This document shows, piece by piece, positions 56,191 through 64,000 of a stretch of 64,000 nucleotides of DNA. Each line of letters starts with the position of its first letter. Within the stretch, counting starts at the first letter, position 1. The notes beneath the pieces were generated by a model. The model did no database searches. It had not been told where the DNA came from and saw only the letters and a program-made list of their open reading frames with translations. Where the stretch lies: positions 2,012-66,011 of the forward strand of contig CAJWVO010000006.1 of the NCBI GenBank assembly GCA_913048465.1, in the 5' to 3' direction. Source of the stretch: an uncultured Nitrosomonadales bacterium (lineage in GTDB: Bacteria > Pseudomonadota > Gammaproteobacteria > Burkholderiales > Methylophilaceae). The position numbers and the translations under genes were made by a program.

Positions 56191-56256
56191 CTTCATAGCT
56201 CCAAACTATGAAGTTTGATTAACAACCCCATTGCTAGATGGGAATTGGATATTTTA
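56191..56256 (+). promoter_or_regulatory. Structured rpsA 5' leader (two hairpins, weak SD)
   Basis: CTTCATAG-ctccaaa-CTATGAAG (56191-56213) and CCCAT-tgctag-ATGGG (56227-56242) before ATG 56257. Confidence 0.5.
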
Positions 56257-57759
56257 ATGACAACTTTAACGAAAACAACAGGAACAAAGAATAACGAAAA
56301 TTTTGCAGCAATGCTAGAAGAAAGTCTTGCCCTCAAAGAAATGCGTCAGGGTGAGATTATTACAGCTGAGGTTGTGTCAATTGACTCAGATGTAGTCATT
56401 GTTAATGCAGGATTAAAGTCAGAGAGCTTTATTAAAGCTGATGAATTTTATAACGACAAAAGAGAAGTTGATGTTTCAGTTGGTGACTTTGTAAAAGTGG
56501 CTATCGAAAAACTTGAAGATGGATATGGTTCAACAATTCTTTCTCGAGATAGAGCAAAAAAAATTCAAGCCTGGGAAGATCTTGAGAATGCAATGAATGA
56601 TAAGACTACGGTATCAGGTTTTGTCAGCTCAAGAGTGAAAGGTGGCTTGAGAGTATCAGTAAAAGGAATTACTGCATTCTTACCGGGATCATTAGTTGAT
56701 TCAAGACCAGTAAAAGATACATCGCCATATGAAAATAAAGAAACAGAATTAAAAGTTATTAAGATCGATAAGAAAAGAAATAATATTGTTGTTTCTAGAA
56801 AAGCGGTATTAGAAGAACAAATGGGGGCGGATCGTGAGTCAATAATTGAATCACTCTCCGAAGGTGCTACAGTTAAAGGAATTATTAAAAATATTACCGA
56901 TTATGGTGCATTTGTTGATTTAGGCGGTATCGATGGATTACTCCACATCACTGACCTTGCATGGAAAAGGATAAAACACCCATCCGAAGTATTGAATGTT
57001 GGCGATGAAATTGAAGCTAAGGTCTTAAAATATGATCAAGATAAAAATAGAGTTTCTCTTGGCTTGAAACAACTTGGTGATGATCCATGGGTTGGTTTAG
57101 AAAGAAGATATCCTGTTTCAACTAGAATATTTGGCAAAGTTTCAAACCTCACAGATTATGGTGCATTCGTTGAAATTGAAAGTGGTATTGAAGGTCTAGT
57201 TCACGTTTCTGAAATGGATTGGACAAATAAAAATATTCATCCAACAAAAGTTGTAAATCTTGGCGATGAAGTTGAAGTAATGATCCTAGAAGTTGATGAA
57301 AGTAAAAGAAGACTATCGCTTGGTATCAAACAATGTAAAGAAAACCCTTGGAAGGCTTTTGAAAATGATCATAAACAAGGTGAAACAATTAAAGGCTCAA
57401 TTAAGTCAATCACAGACTTTGGTATATTTATTGGGTTAGATGGAGGTATTGATGGACTTATCCATCTTTCAGATATATCTGCAACTGAATCAAATGAAGA
57501 TGCTGTTAAAAAGTACAAAAAAGGTGATGAAGTTGAAGCAAAGATACTTGCAATTGATGTTGATAAAGAAAGAATATCTCTTGGAATTAAGCAACTTTCA
57601 GCTGACTTCACTGAAGATGATAAAGACGATAGCTCATCAAGTAAAAAAGATGCTAAAAAAGCTAAATCAACTGCTGACAAGGAACCAGAAAATGCTGGAA
57701 CTACCAACCTTGGTGCTCTTTTAAAAGCAAAAATGAGTGATGAGTCTGATAAGGAATAA
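56257..57759 (+). CDS. rpsA: 30S ribosomal protein S1 (five S1 domains)
   Basis: [50 protein letters not shown]; cmk-rpsA-ihfB synteny; likely ATG 56257. Confidence 0.98.
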   Translation: MTTLTKTTGTKNNENFAAMLEESLALKEMRQGEIITAEVVSIDSDVVIVNAGLKSESFIKADEFYNDKREVDVSVGDFVKVAIEKLEDGYGSTILSRDRAKKIQAWEDLENAMNDKTTVSGFVSSRVKGGLRVSVKGITAFLPGSLVDSRPVKDTSPYENKETELKVIKIDKKRNNIVVSRKAVLEEQMGADRESIIESLSEGATVKGIIKNITDYGAFVDLGGIDGLLHITDLAWKRIKHPSEVLNVGDEIEAKVLKYDQDKNRVSLGLKQLGDDPWVGLERRYPVSTRIFGKVSNLTDYGAFVEIESGIEGLVHVSEMDWTNKNIHPTKVVNLGDEVEVMILEVDESKRRLSLGIKQCKENPWKAFENDHKQGETIKGSIKSITDFGIFIGLDGGIDGLIHLSDISATESNEDAVKKYKKGDEVEAKILAIDVDKERISLGIKQLSADFTEDDKDDSSSSKKDAKKAKSTADKEPENAGTTNLGALLKAKMSDESDKE

Positions 57760-57771
57760 TCAACGTAAACA

Positions 57772-58050
57772 ATGACACGATCAGAACTTATTGAAAAGCT
57801 ATCTTCACAATTTCAGCATCTTCTTCAAAAAGATGCTGAATTGGTTGTGAAAAATATATTAGATTCAATGTCGGATACCCTAAACAATGGTAAACGAATT
57901 GAAATCAGAGGTTTTGGTAGCTTTTCATTAAATAAAAGACCTGCAAGAATTGGTAGAAATCCTAAAACTGGTGAAAAAGTTCACATCAGTGAAAAACTTG
58001 TCCCCCATTTTAAAGCTGGAAAAGAGCTGAGATCTCGTGTTGATAAGTAA
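57772..58050 (+). CDS. ihfB: Integration host factor beta subunit
   Basis: [36 protein letters not shown]. Confidence 0.97.
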   Translation: MTRSELIEKLSSQFQHLLQKDAELVVKNILDSMSDTLNNGKRIEIRGFGSFSLNKRPARIGRNPKTGEKVHISEKLVPHFKAGKELRSRVDK

Positions 58051-58094
58051 CTTTTAAAGTATACTTTCTATAATATTTTCTATTTAAGTTAGTT

Positions 58095-59258
58095 ATGGTT
58101 GAATTTGAGCTTTGGTGGCTTTTGCTTATCCCATTTTTTTTTGGATTAGGCTGGATTGCTGCTCGTATCGATATTAAACATATAATATCTGAAACAACTG
58201 ATCTACCTGCCTCATACTTTAAAGGTCTTAACTTCATTCTCTTTCAAGATTATGAAAAAGCATCTGAATCTTTTTCTGATGCACTAAGAATAAAACCAGA
58301 CTCCCTTGAGCTGCATTTCATTCAAGGTAATATATTTCGAAAACTTGGAAAAATTGATCAAGCTATTAATCTTCACAATAAATTACTTTACCAAAAAGAG
58401 TTAACACGTCAGCAAATTGAATCTGTTAAAGCAGAGCTGATGCAAGATTATTTTACAGCAGGCTTTTATGACCGATGCGAGTCTCTTTCTAAAGATCTTT
58501 CAAATGAACAATATCAAGAGTTTAAGTTAAAAATTTTATTAGATATATCTATCAAACAAAGACATTGGGATTCTGCAATAAAATATTGCAAAGAAGTTGA
58601 ACAGAATTTTGGAGTTTCCTATAGGTTACAAATTAGCCATTTTTTATGTGAACTAGCTTTAGAGAAAGTAATTCAAGAAAAAAAAGATCAAGCAATAAAA
58701 CATCTAGAACAAGCATTAGATATTTACAAAAATTCAACTCGAGCAAATATTATTCTTGGGGAATTGGAATTTGAAAAACAGAACTATAAGTCTGCGATTG
58801 AAATTTGGAAAAGAATTGAATTACAAAAACCAACAGACTTCATCTTAATTGCTGCGAAATTTCTGGAATGTTATGAAAAATTAAACAAACAAAATGAGTG
58901 TCTATCATTTCTCTCACACTTAAGAGAAAGTTATGGAATGAACGAAATAGATTCAGTGATCTTCAATTTTATTCTCCAAAAAGATGGGCCTAAAAATGCT
59001 GAAGAGTTTGCTAAAAATAATTTAATTAAAAAACCATCCATTGAAGTCCTTGATCAATTATTTAGTGCAAAGTCTCTAAGTGACAATAATGATAGTGATA
59101 TCAAGATAATGCAACAAGTGATTAAAAATAGTATTGGTACTAGATTATTTCACTTATGTAGTCATTGTGGCTTTAAAGCCAAACAACATCATTGGCAATG
59201 CCCAGCATGCAACTCCTGGGAGACGGTTTCAAATGATCTTAAAGATAATAGCAAATAA
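58095..59258 (+). CDS. lapB: Lipopolysaccharide assembly protein B
   Basis: N-terminal TM (FFGLGWIAARID), YFKGLNF, TPR repeats, rubredoxin CSHCG...WQCPAC. Confidence 0.93.
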   Translation: MVEFELWWLLLIPFFFGLGWIAARIDIKHIISETTDLPASYFKGLNFILFQDYEKASESFSDALRIKPDSLELHFIQGNIFRKLGKIDQAINLHNKLLYQKELTRQQIESVKAELMQDYFTAGFYDRCESLSKDLSNEQYQEFKLKILLDISIKQRHWDSAIKYCKEVEQNFGVSYRLQISHFLCELALEKVIQEKKDQAIKHLEQALDIYKNSTRANIILGELEFEKQNYKSAIEIWKRIELQKPTDFILIAAKFLECYEKLNKQNECLSFLSHLRESYGMNEIDSVIFNFILQKDGPKNAEEFAKNNLIKKPSIEVLDQLFSAKSLSDNNDSDIKIMQQVIKNSIGTRLFHLCSHCGFKAKQHHWQCPACNSWETVSNDLKDNSK

Positions 59259-59947
59259 TGAATGATTCTAAAGTTATAGTGGCTCTTGATTTTTCATCCT
59301 TAAACGAAACTGAAGTTTTTCTAAAAAAAATTAAAGGCCAAAACTGTAGAATAAAGGTAGGCAAGGAGCTTTTTACTAAAGAGGGTCCAAATGCCATCAA
59401 GTTAATACAACACTATGGATTTGAAGTTTTTTTGGATTTGAAGTTTCATGATATTCCTAATACTGTATCAAACGCTATCAAAGCAAGTTGCAATTTAGGT
59501 GTATGGATGGTTAATGTCCATGCCTCGGGAGGAAAACAGATGATGATTGCTGCACGAGAGGCTGTGGAAACCTCATCGCACAAACCAATTTTAATTGCAG
59601 TTACAATCCTTACTAGTTTTGATAATTCTTCTTACCAAGAATTAGGTTTTAAAAATGAATTACAGGAACAAATTGCTTATTTAGCTAAAATGTCTGAAAA
59701 ATCAGGGATGGATGGAATTGTCTGTTCGGCAAATGATGTTCCCTCAATTAAACCGTTAGTTAAAGAAAAATTCCAATTTATAACACCAGGTATAAGAGTT
59801 GCAAACAGTAATGATGATCAAAAAAGAGTGGCTACTCCGGAAAATGCCATATCAAATGGATCTAATTATCTTGTTATCGGAAGACCTGTCACCTTAAGCG
59901 ATGATCCAGCAACTATGATCGAAAAAATTAATCAAAGCATCAATTAA
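59258..59947 (+). CDS. pyrF: Orotidine-5'-phosphate decarboxylase
   Basis: IVALD, FLDLKFHDIPNTV, TPGIR, VIGRP. Confidence 0.98.
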   Translation: MNDSKVIVALDFSSLNETEVFLKKIKGQNCRIKVGKELFTKEGPNAIKLIQHYGFEVFLDLKFHDIPNTVSNAIKASCNLGVWMVNVHASGGKQMMIAAREAVETSSHKPILIAVTILTSFDNSSYQELGFKNELQEQIAYLAKMSEKSGMDGIVCSANDVPSIKPLVKEKFQFITPGIRVANSNDDQKRVATPENAISNGSNYLVIGRPVTLSDDPATMIEKINQSIN

Positions 59948-59949
59948 TT

Positions 59950-61977
59950 TTATTTGATTTTCATACCAGCCTGGGCGCCATCATCAGCTAATAAAATAAA
60001 AGGTCCATCATTACTATCAGAAGCCGCAAGTATCATCCCCTCAGAAACACCAAACTTCATTTTTCTAGGCGCAAGATTAGCAACATAACTTACTTTTTTT
60101 CCAATTAAAGACTCAGGATTATATTTCGACTTTATTCCAGCAAAAACATTTTTCTTACCTAACTCTCCGACATTAAGAGTTACATGAAGTAATTTATCGG
60201 CACCCTCTACATGTGTTGCTTCAAGCACTTCTGCAACTCGAAGGTCTATTTTAATAAAATCATCAATCGAAATATGGTTACCTGTATTAAGATCATCTTT
60301 TGTATTATTTTTTTTATCCATAATTTTGTTATCTTCTATTAATTTAACTAGATTATTTTTATCAAGTCTTTGATATAAGTGTTTGTATTGATTAATTTTT
60401 TTTATATTATCCTTAATTTGATTGAAGTTATTAAAATCAGTTTCATTGAATAAGCTGGCTACTTCTTTAGATAAATTTGGAAGAATGGGAGATAGATAGA
60501 TGATTGAATTTCTGAATACAATTGCTGATGTGGTTAGAATGTTATAAAGTTGGTCTTTGTTCTGTTCAAGATCTTTTGCCAAGCTCCATGGCTGTTCATT
60601 ACTTATTAACTCATTTACCTCTTCAACCAATGTAAAAACTTTTTTGACTAATTGGCTATATAAACGTGATTCATATAAATCCAATATTTCACTCTTAAGA
60701 TCGATCGATTTTATTACCAATTGTGAATATTTGCTATTAGAGGGCAATTGATCTATCGATTTTATTTTTCCATCAAATAACTTATGAATAAACCCGAATG
60801 TTCTGCTTGGAATATTCACTAGTTTACCTACCAAATCAGAATTTACTTTAGACATTAAGTCGTCTAAATTCAAATCTATGTCTGACATTGAGTCATTTAA
60901 CTTGGATGCAAAATAATACCTCAAGAATTCTGGCTCATGGATATTATTCAAAAAACTTCGTGCGGTGATGAATGTCCCTCTAGACTTAGACATCTTCTCA
61001 CCATTCACAGTTAGAAAACCATGTGCAAAAATTTTAGAAGGCTTTCTAAAGCCTGAGAAATTTAATGTTGCCGGCCAAAATAATGCATGAAAATAAAGTA
61101 TATCTTTTCCTATAAAATGATAAAGCTCGGTTGAGCTATCGGGTGACCAAAAATCATCAAAGTTAATATTTCCTTTTTGATCAATTAGATTTTTAAAGCT
61201 AGCCATGTACCCAATTGGCGCATCCAGCCAAACGTAAAAATATTTATCACTTTCACCAGGAATCAAGAAGCCAAAATATGGTTTATCTCTCGTAATATCC
61301 CAATCTTGTAATCCAGATTTAAACCATTCCTGGATTTTATTCTCTGCTTCGGGTTGTAATGTTCCAGATGCTGTCCAATCTTTTAAAAATTGTTCACATT
61401 CAGATAAATTAAAAAAGTAATGCTTTGTTTTTTTCTTTATTGGGGTAGTTCCAGATAATGCTGAATACGGGTTAATTAAATCGGTAGGTGAATAGGTGGC
61501 TCCACAAGCTTCACAAGAGTCGCCATATTGATCTTTTGCATTACATTTAGGGCATTCACCTTTGATAAACCTGTCTGGAAGATACATCTGTTTATCTTCA
61601 TCGAAATATTGCTCAATTTCTTTGGTAGAAATTTTCTTATTGCTATCTAAAGATTTAAAAATCTCCTCGGAATAAAACTGATTTTCTTTTGAATCAGTCG
61701 AATAGAAGTTATCAAAATTCACATAAAAGTCTGCAAAGTCTTGAGCATGTTCTTTATGAACATTGTCAATCAATTGCTTCGGGGTGATACCTTCATTTTG
61801 TGCCTTAATCATGATCGGTGTGCCGTGGGTATCGTCAGCACACACATAAAATACTTCATGACCGTTCATTTTTTGAAATCTTGACCAAATATCTGTTTGG
61901 ATATATTCAACCAGGTGTCCAAGATGTATACTCCCATTAGCATAAGGAAGTGCGGATGTAATTAAAATTCTTCGCAT
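59950..61977 (-). CDS. metG: Methionine--tRNA ligase with C-terminal tRNA-binding domain
   Basis: PYANGSIHLGH, zinc knuckles, KMSKS, ANLAPRKMKFGVSEGMIL. Confidence 0.99.
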   Translation of the reverse strand: MRRILITSALPYANGSIHLGHLVEYIQTDIWSRFQKMNGHEVFYVCADDTHGTPIMIKAQNEGITPKQLIDNVHKEHAQDFADFYVNFDNFYSTDSKENQFYSEEIFKSLDSNKKISTKEIEQYFDEDKQMYLPDRFIKGECPKCNAKDQYGDSCEACGATYSPTDLINPYSALSGTTPIKKKTKHYFFNLSECEQFLKDWTASGTLQPEAENKIQEWFKSGLQDWDITRDKPYFGFLIPGESDKYFYVWLDAPIGYMASFKNLIDQKGNINFDDFWSPDSSTELYHFIGKDILYFHALFWPATLNFSGFRKPSKIFAHGFLTVNGEKMSKSRGTFITARSFLNNIHEPEFLRYYFASKLNDSMSDIDLNLDDLMSKVNSDLVGKLVNIPSRTFGFIHKLFDGKIKSIDQLPSNSKYSQLVIKSIDLKSEILDLYESRLYSQLVKKVFTLVEEVNELISNEQPWSLAKDLEQNKDQLYNILTTSAIVFRNSIIYLSPILPNLSKEVASLFNETDFNNFNQIKDNIKKINQYKHLYQRLDKNNLVKLIEDNKIMDKKNNTKDDLNTGNHISIDDFIKIDLRVAEVLEATHVEGADKLLHVTLNVGELGKKNVFAGIKSKYNPESLIGKKVSYVANLAPRKMKFGVSEGMILAASDSNDGPFILLADDGAQAGMKIK

Positions 61978-62046
61978 GTAAACTTTATAAAAAATTAATG
62001 ATCGTATTCTAACAAATAATTACTAATTCAACCGAAATAAAGTGCA

Positions 62047-63114
62047 ATGGAAAATATAAAAGACTCAATAGAAAATATTTTTGATCAACACAATCAAATC
62101 AAACCTTTTCTTAAAAAAAATATAACTATTAATCAGTTTAAAGATCATCTAGACATTATTATTAAGATGGGTTATGCATTCAAAAATCTTGAGCAGAATT
62201 ATAAAAACATGATTACTGAATGCTTAAACAATATTGATAAAAAAATTAACATTACTCTTGAGTTAGATGTAGTAAGTCATAAAACACAAGGGACGACGCA
62301 AAGCATCAAAAATGTTAAAAATATTATTGCTGTTGCTTCTGGTAAAGGTGGTGTTGGAAAATCAACTGTTGCCTGCAATCTCTCAATCGCTCTTCATCAG
62401 TTAGGTGCTCGGGTTGGTATTCTTGATGCTGATATCTATGGCCCAAGCCAACCATTGATGTTTGGTGCAAATAAAAAACCAGAATCCCGAGATGGAAAAA
62501 GTATGGAACCAATTATTTCTCATGGTATTCAAACCATGTCCATAGGATACCTGATTGATCCAGATACGCCTGTCGTGTGGAGAGGTCCAATGGTGACCAA
62601 CACCTTACAACAACTCCTTAATGAGACAAATTGGGATAATTTAGATTATTTAATTATCGATTTACCTCCGGGCACTGGGGACACACAACTTACCTTGGCT
62701 CAAAAAGTGCCTGTTACAGGATCTGTCATTGTGACCACCCCACAAGATGTTGCTTTAATTGATGCACAAAAAGGTATTGGTATGTTTGATAAGGTTAATA
62801 TTCCAAACATTGGACTCGTAGAAAATATGGCCGTTTTTGAATGTCCAAACTGTGGCCATCATGAACATATTTTTGGTGAAGATGGGGGGAAAACGCTAGC
62901 AGCTAAAAATAATATTTTATTACTTGGCTCGATACCACTAAACGCAATGATTCAGAAGAAAATGGATTCAGGGGCGCCGCCATTGCTAGATAATGAAAAC
63001 CCATCTATAAATGAAGCCTTTTTATCAATCGCTGAAAAAGTGAGTATCAAAATTGCTCAAATGAAAGAAAATTTCAAAGATAAATTTCCTAAAATCGTAA
63101 TTCAAAAAGATTAA
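62047..63114 (+). CDS. apbC: Fe-S cluster carrier ATPase Mrp/ApbC
   Basis: SGKGGVGKST, DADIYGPS, WRGPM, DLPPGTGD, CPNC. Confidence 0.96.
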   Translation: MENIKDSIENIFDQHNQIKPFLKKNITINQFKDHLDIIIKMGYAFKNLEQNYKNMITECLNNIDKKINITLELDVVSHKTQGTTQSIKNVKNIIAVASGKGGVGKSTVACNLSIALHQLGARVGILDADIYGPSQPLMFGANKKPESRDGKSMEPIISHGIQTMSIGYLIDPDTPVVWRGPMVTNTLQQLLNETNWDNLDYLIIDLPPGTGDTQLTLAQKVPVTGSVIVTTPQDVALIDAQKGIGMFDKVNIPNIGLVENMAVFECPNCGHHEHIFGEDGGKTLAAKNNILLLGSIPLNAMIQKKMDSGAPPLLDNENPSINEAFLSIAEKVSIKIAQMKENFKDKFPKIVIQKD

Positions 63115-63788
63115 TCAAGATTGCAATAAACGTCGATATGATTATCAGATATAATTTTTGAAGCAGGAATACACTCACCAGCTTTCCATGCGTTAACTGC
63201 ATCTTTCTTTCCATGACCTGTTACTATAAAAAATATTTTATCGGCTTTTAAAAAAGCTTTAGGGGTCATCGACACTCTATCCGGAGGAGGTTTGGGTGAA
63301 TTCGATACAGCAACGGCATTTAATTGGTTATCCCATTGTTGTCCAGGAAACAGGCTTGCCGTGTGTCCATCCTCCCCTAAACCTAATAAAACAAGGTCAA
63401 ATTGATCTATCTTGTCAATAATACTGTTGTATTCACTTGATGCTTTTAGAGACCCATTTTCAGTATTGATGGGAAAAAATTTAGGTTTTGAGTCATCCGG
63501 CAAATGATCAATAAATGATCTTTTTATCATATGGCTATTTCTGTCTTTAGAGTCTACTGGAAGGCATCTTTCATCCCCAATATACAATTCCCAATCACTA
63601 AAATTTTGATTACGAACATCGAGAAATGATTTATATAACTTTTCAGGTGTTGATCCACCAGCCATTACTATTTTAAAACTTCCATTATTTCTTACTGCAT
63701 TATTAGCAATGCTTAAAATATCTTGAAGTAATATTGATTCCAGCTGATTTTTGTCTTGAAAATCTTTCCAGTTTAGTTTTTGGTGCAT
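63111..63788 (-). CDS. pgl: 6-phosphogluconolactonase
   Basis: AGGSTP, GDERC, LLGLGEDGHTASLFP; divergent from gnd. Confidence 0.93.
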   Translation of the reverse strand: MHQKLNWKDFQDKNQLESILLQDILSIANNAVRNNGSFKIVMAGGSTPEKLYKSFLDVRNQNFSDWELYIGDERCLPVDSKDRNSHMIKRSFIDHLPDDSKPKFFPINTENGSLKASSEYNSIIDKIDQFDLVLLGLGEDGHTASLFPGQQWDNQLNAVAVSNSPKPPPDRVSMTPKAFLKADKIFFIVTGHGKKDAVNAWKAGECIPASKIISDNHIDVYCNLD

Positions 63789-63842
63789 ATTGATTTTTAT
63801 ATAATTTGAGGGATTAAAAAACTATCAGACTACCCCATGGTT

Positions 63843-63851
63843 TGGTATAAT
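63843..63851 (+). promoter_or_regulatory. Extended -10 promoter of gnd
   Basis: TGgTATAAT about 60 nt upstream of ATG 63914. Confidence 0.5.
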
Positions 63852-63913
63852 TCTGACCTTAAAAATGTAATCCACAAGATTACCAAAAAATTAACTTTAA
63901 CAAAAGGATAAAT

Positions 63914-64000
63914 ATGAAAATTGGAATGCTTGGACTTGGAAAAATGGGTGGAAATATGGCTACGCGCTTAATTCGTAATGGAATTAATGTGGTCGGATTT
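63914..64000 (+). CDS. gnd: 6-phosphogluconate dehydrogenase (decarboxylating), N-terminus (runs off window)
   Basis: MKIGMLGLGKMGGNMATRLIRNGINVVGF Rossmann start; SD AAGGA; adjacent to pgl. Confidence 0.75.
   Translation, partial: MKIGMLGLGKMGGNMATRLIRNGINVVGF

Noticed and set aside
58010-58237. 75-aa minus-strand ORF, considered as possible lapA
   Set aside because: Wrong strand, overlaps ihfB and lapB, no TM helices

Overview
AT-rich, very gene-dense core chromosomal segment of a streamlined betaproteobacterium. The gene set and order (asd-fimV-truA-trpFBA-accD, greB-earP-efp, AddAB-type pair, MoxY/MxcQ-like two-component system, pgl/gnd) best fit Methylophilaceae, probably the marine OM43 clade; this assignment is inference. 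About 57 CDS cover Trp/Leu/Arg/aromatic amino-acid synthesis, DNA repair, translation, the MEP pathway, ammonium and iron uptake, the N-end rule and the oxidative pentose/RuMP cycle. I saw no rRNA, tRNA, CRISPR, prophage or IS. The most interesting signals are non-coding or structural: (1) a recurring -10 hexamer placed 6-7 nt before SD-less start codons, suggesting leaderless mRNAs, including a back-to-back bidirectional promoter in an 18-bp gap; (2) ribosomal protein S1 with only 5 domains; (3) an unannotated 30-aa membrane peptide forming a complete transcription unit with a Urate_ox_N-like membrane protein; (4) a perfect inverted pair of Fur-like boxes before a TonB receptor; (5) NtrC-like sites 32 bp apart upstream of amt; (6) overlapping stop codons at nearly all convergent gene pairs.
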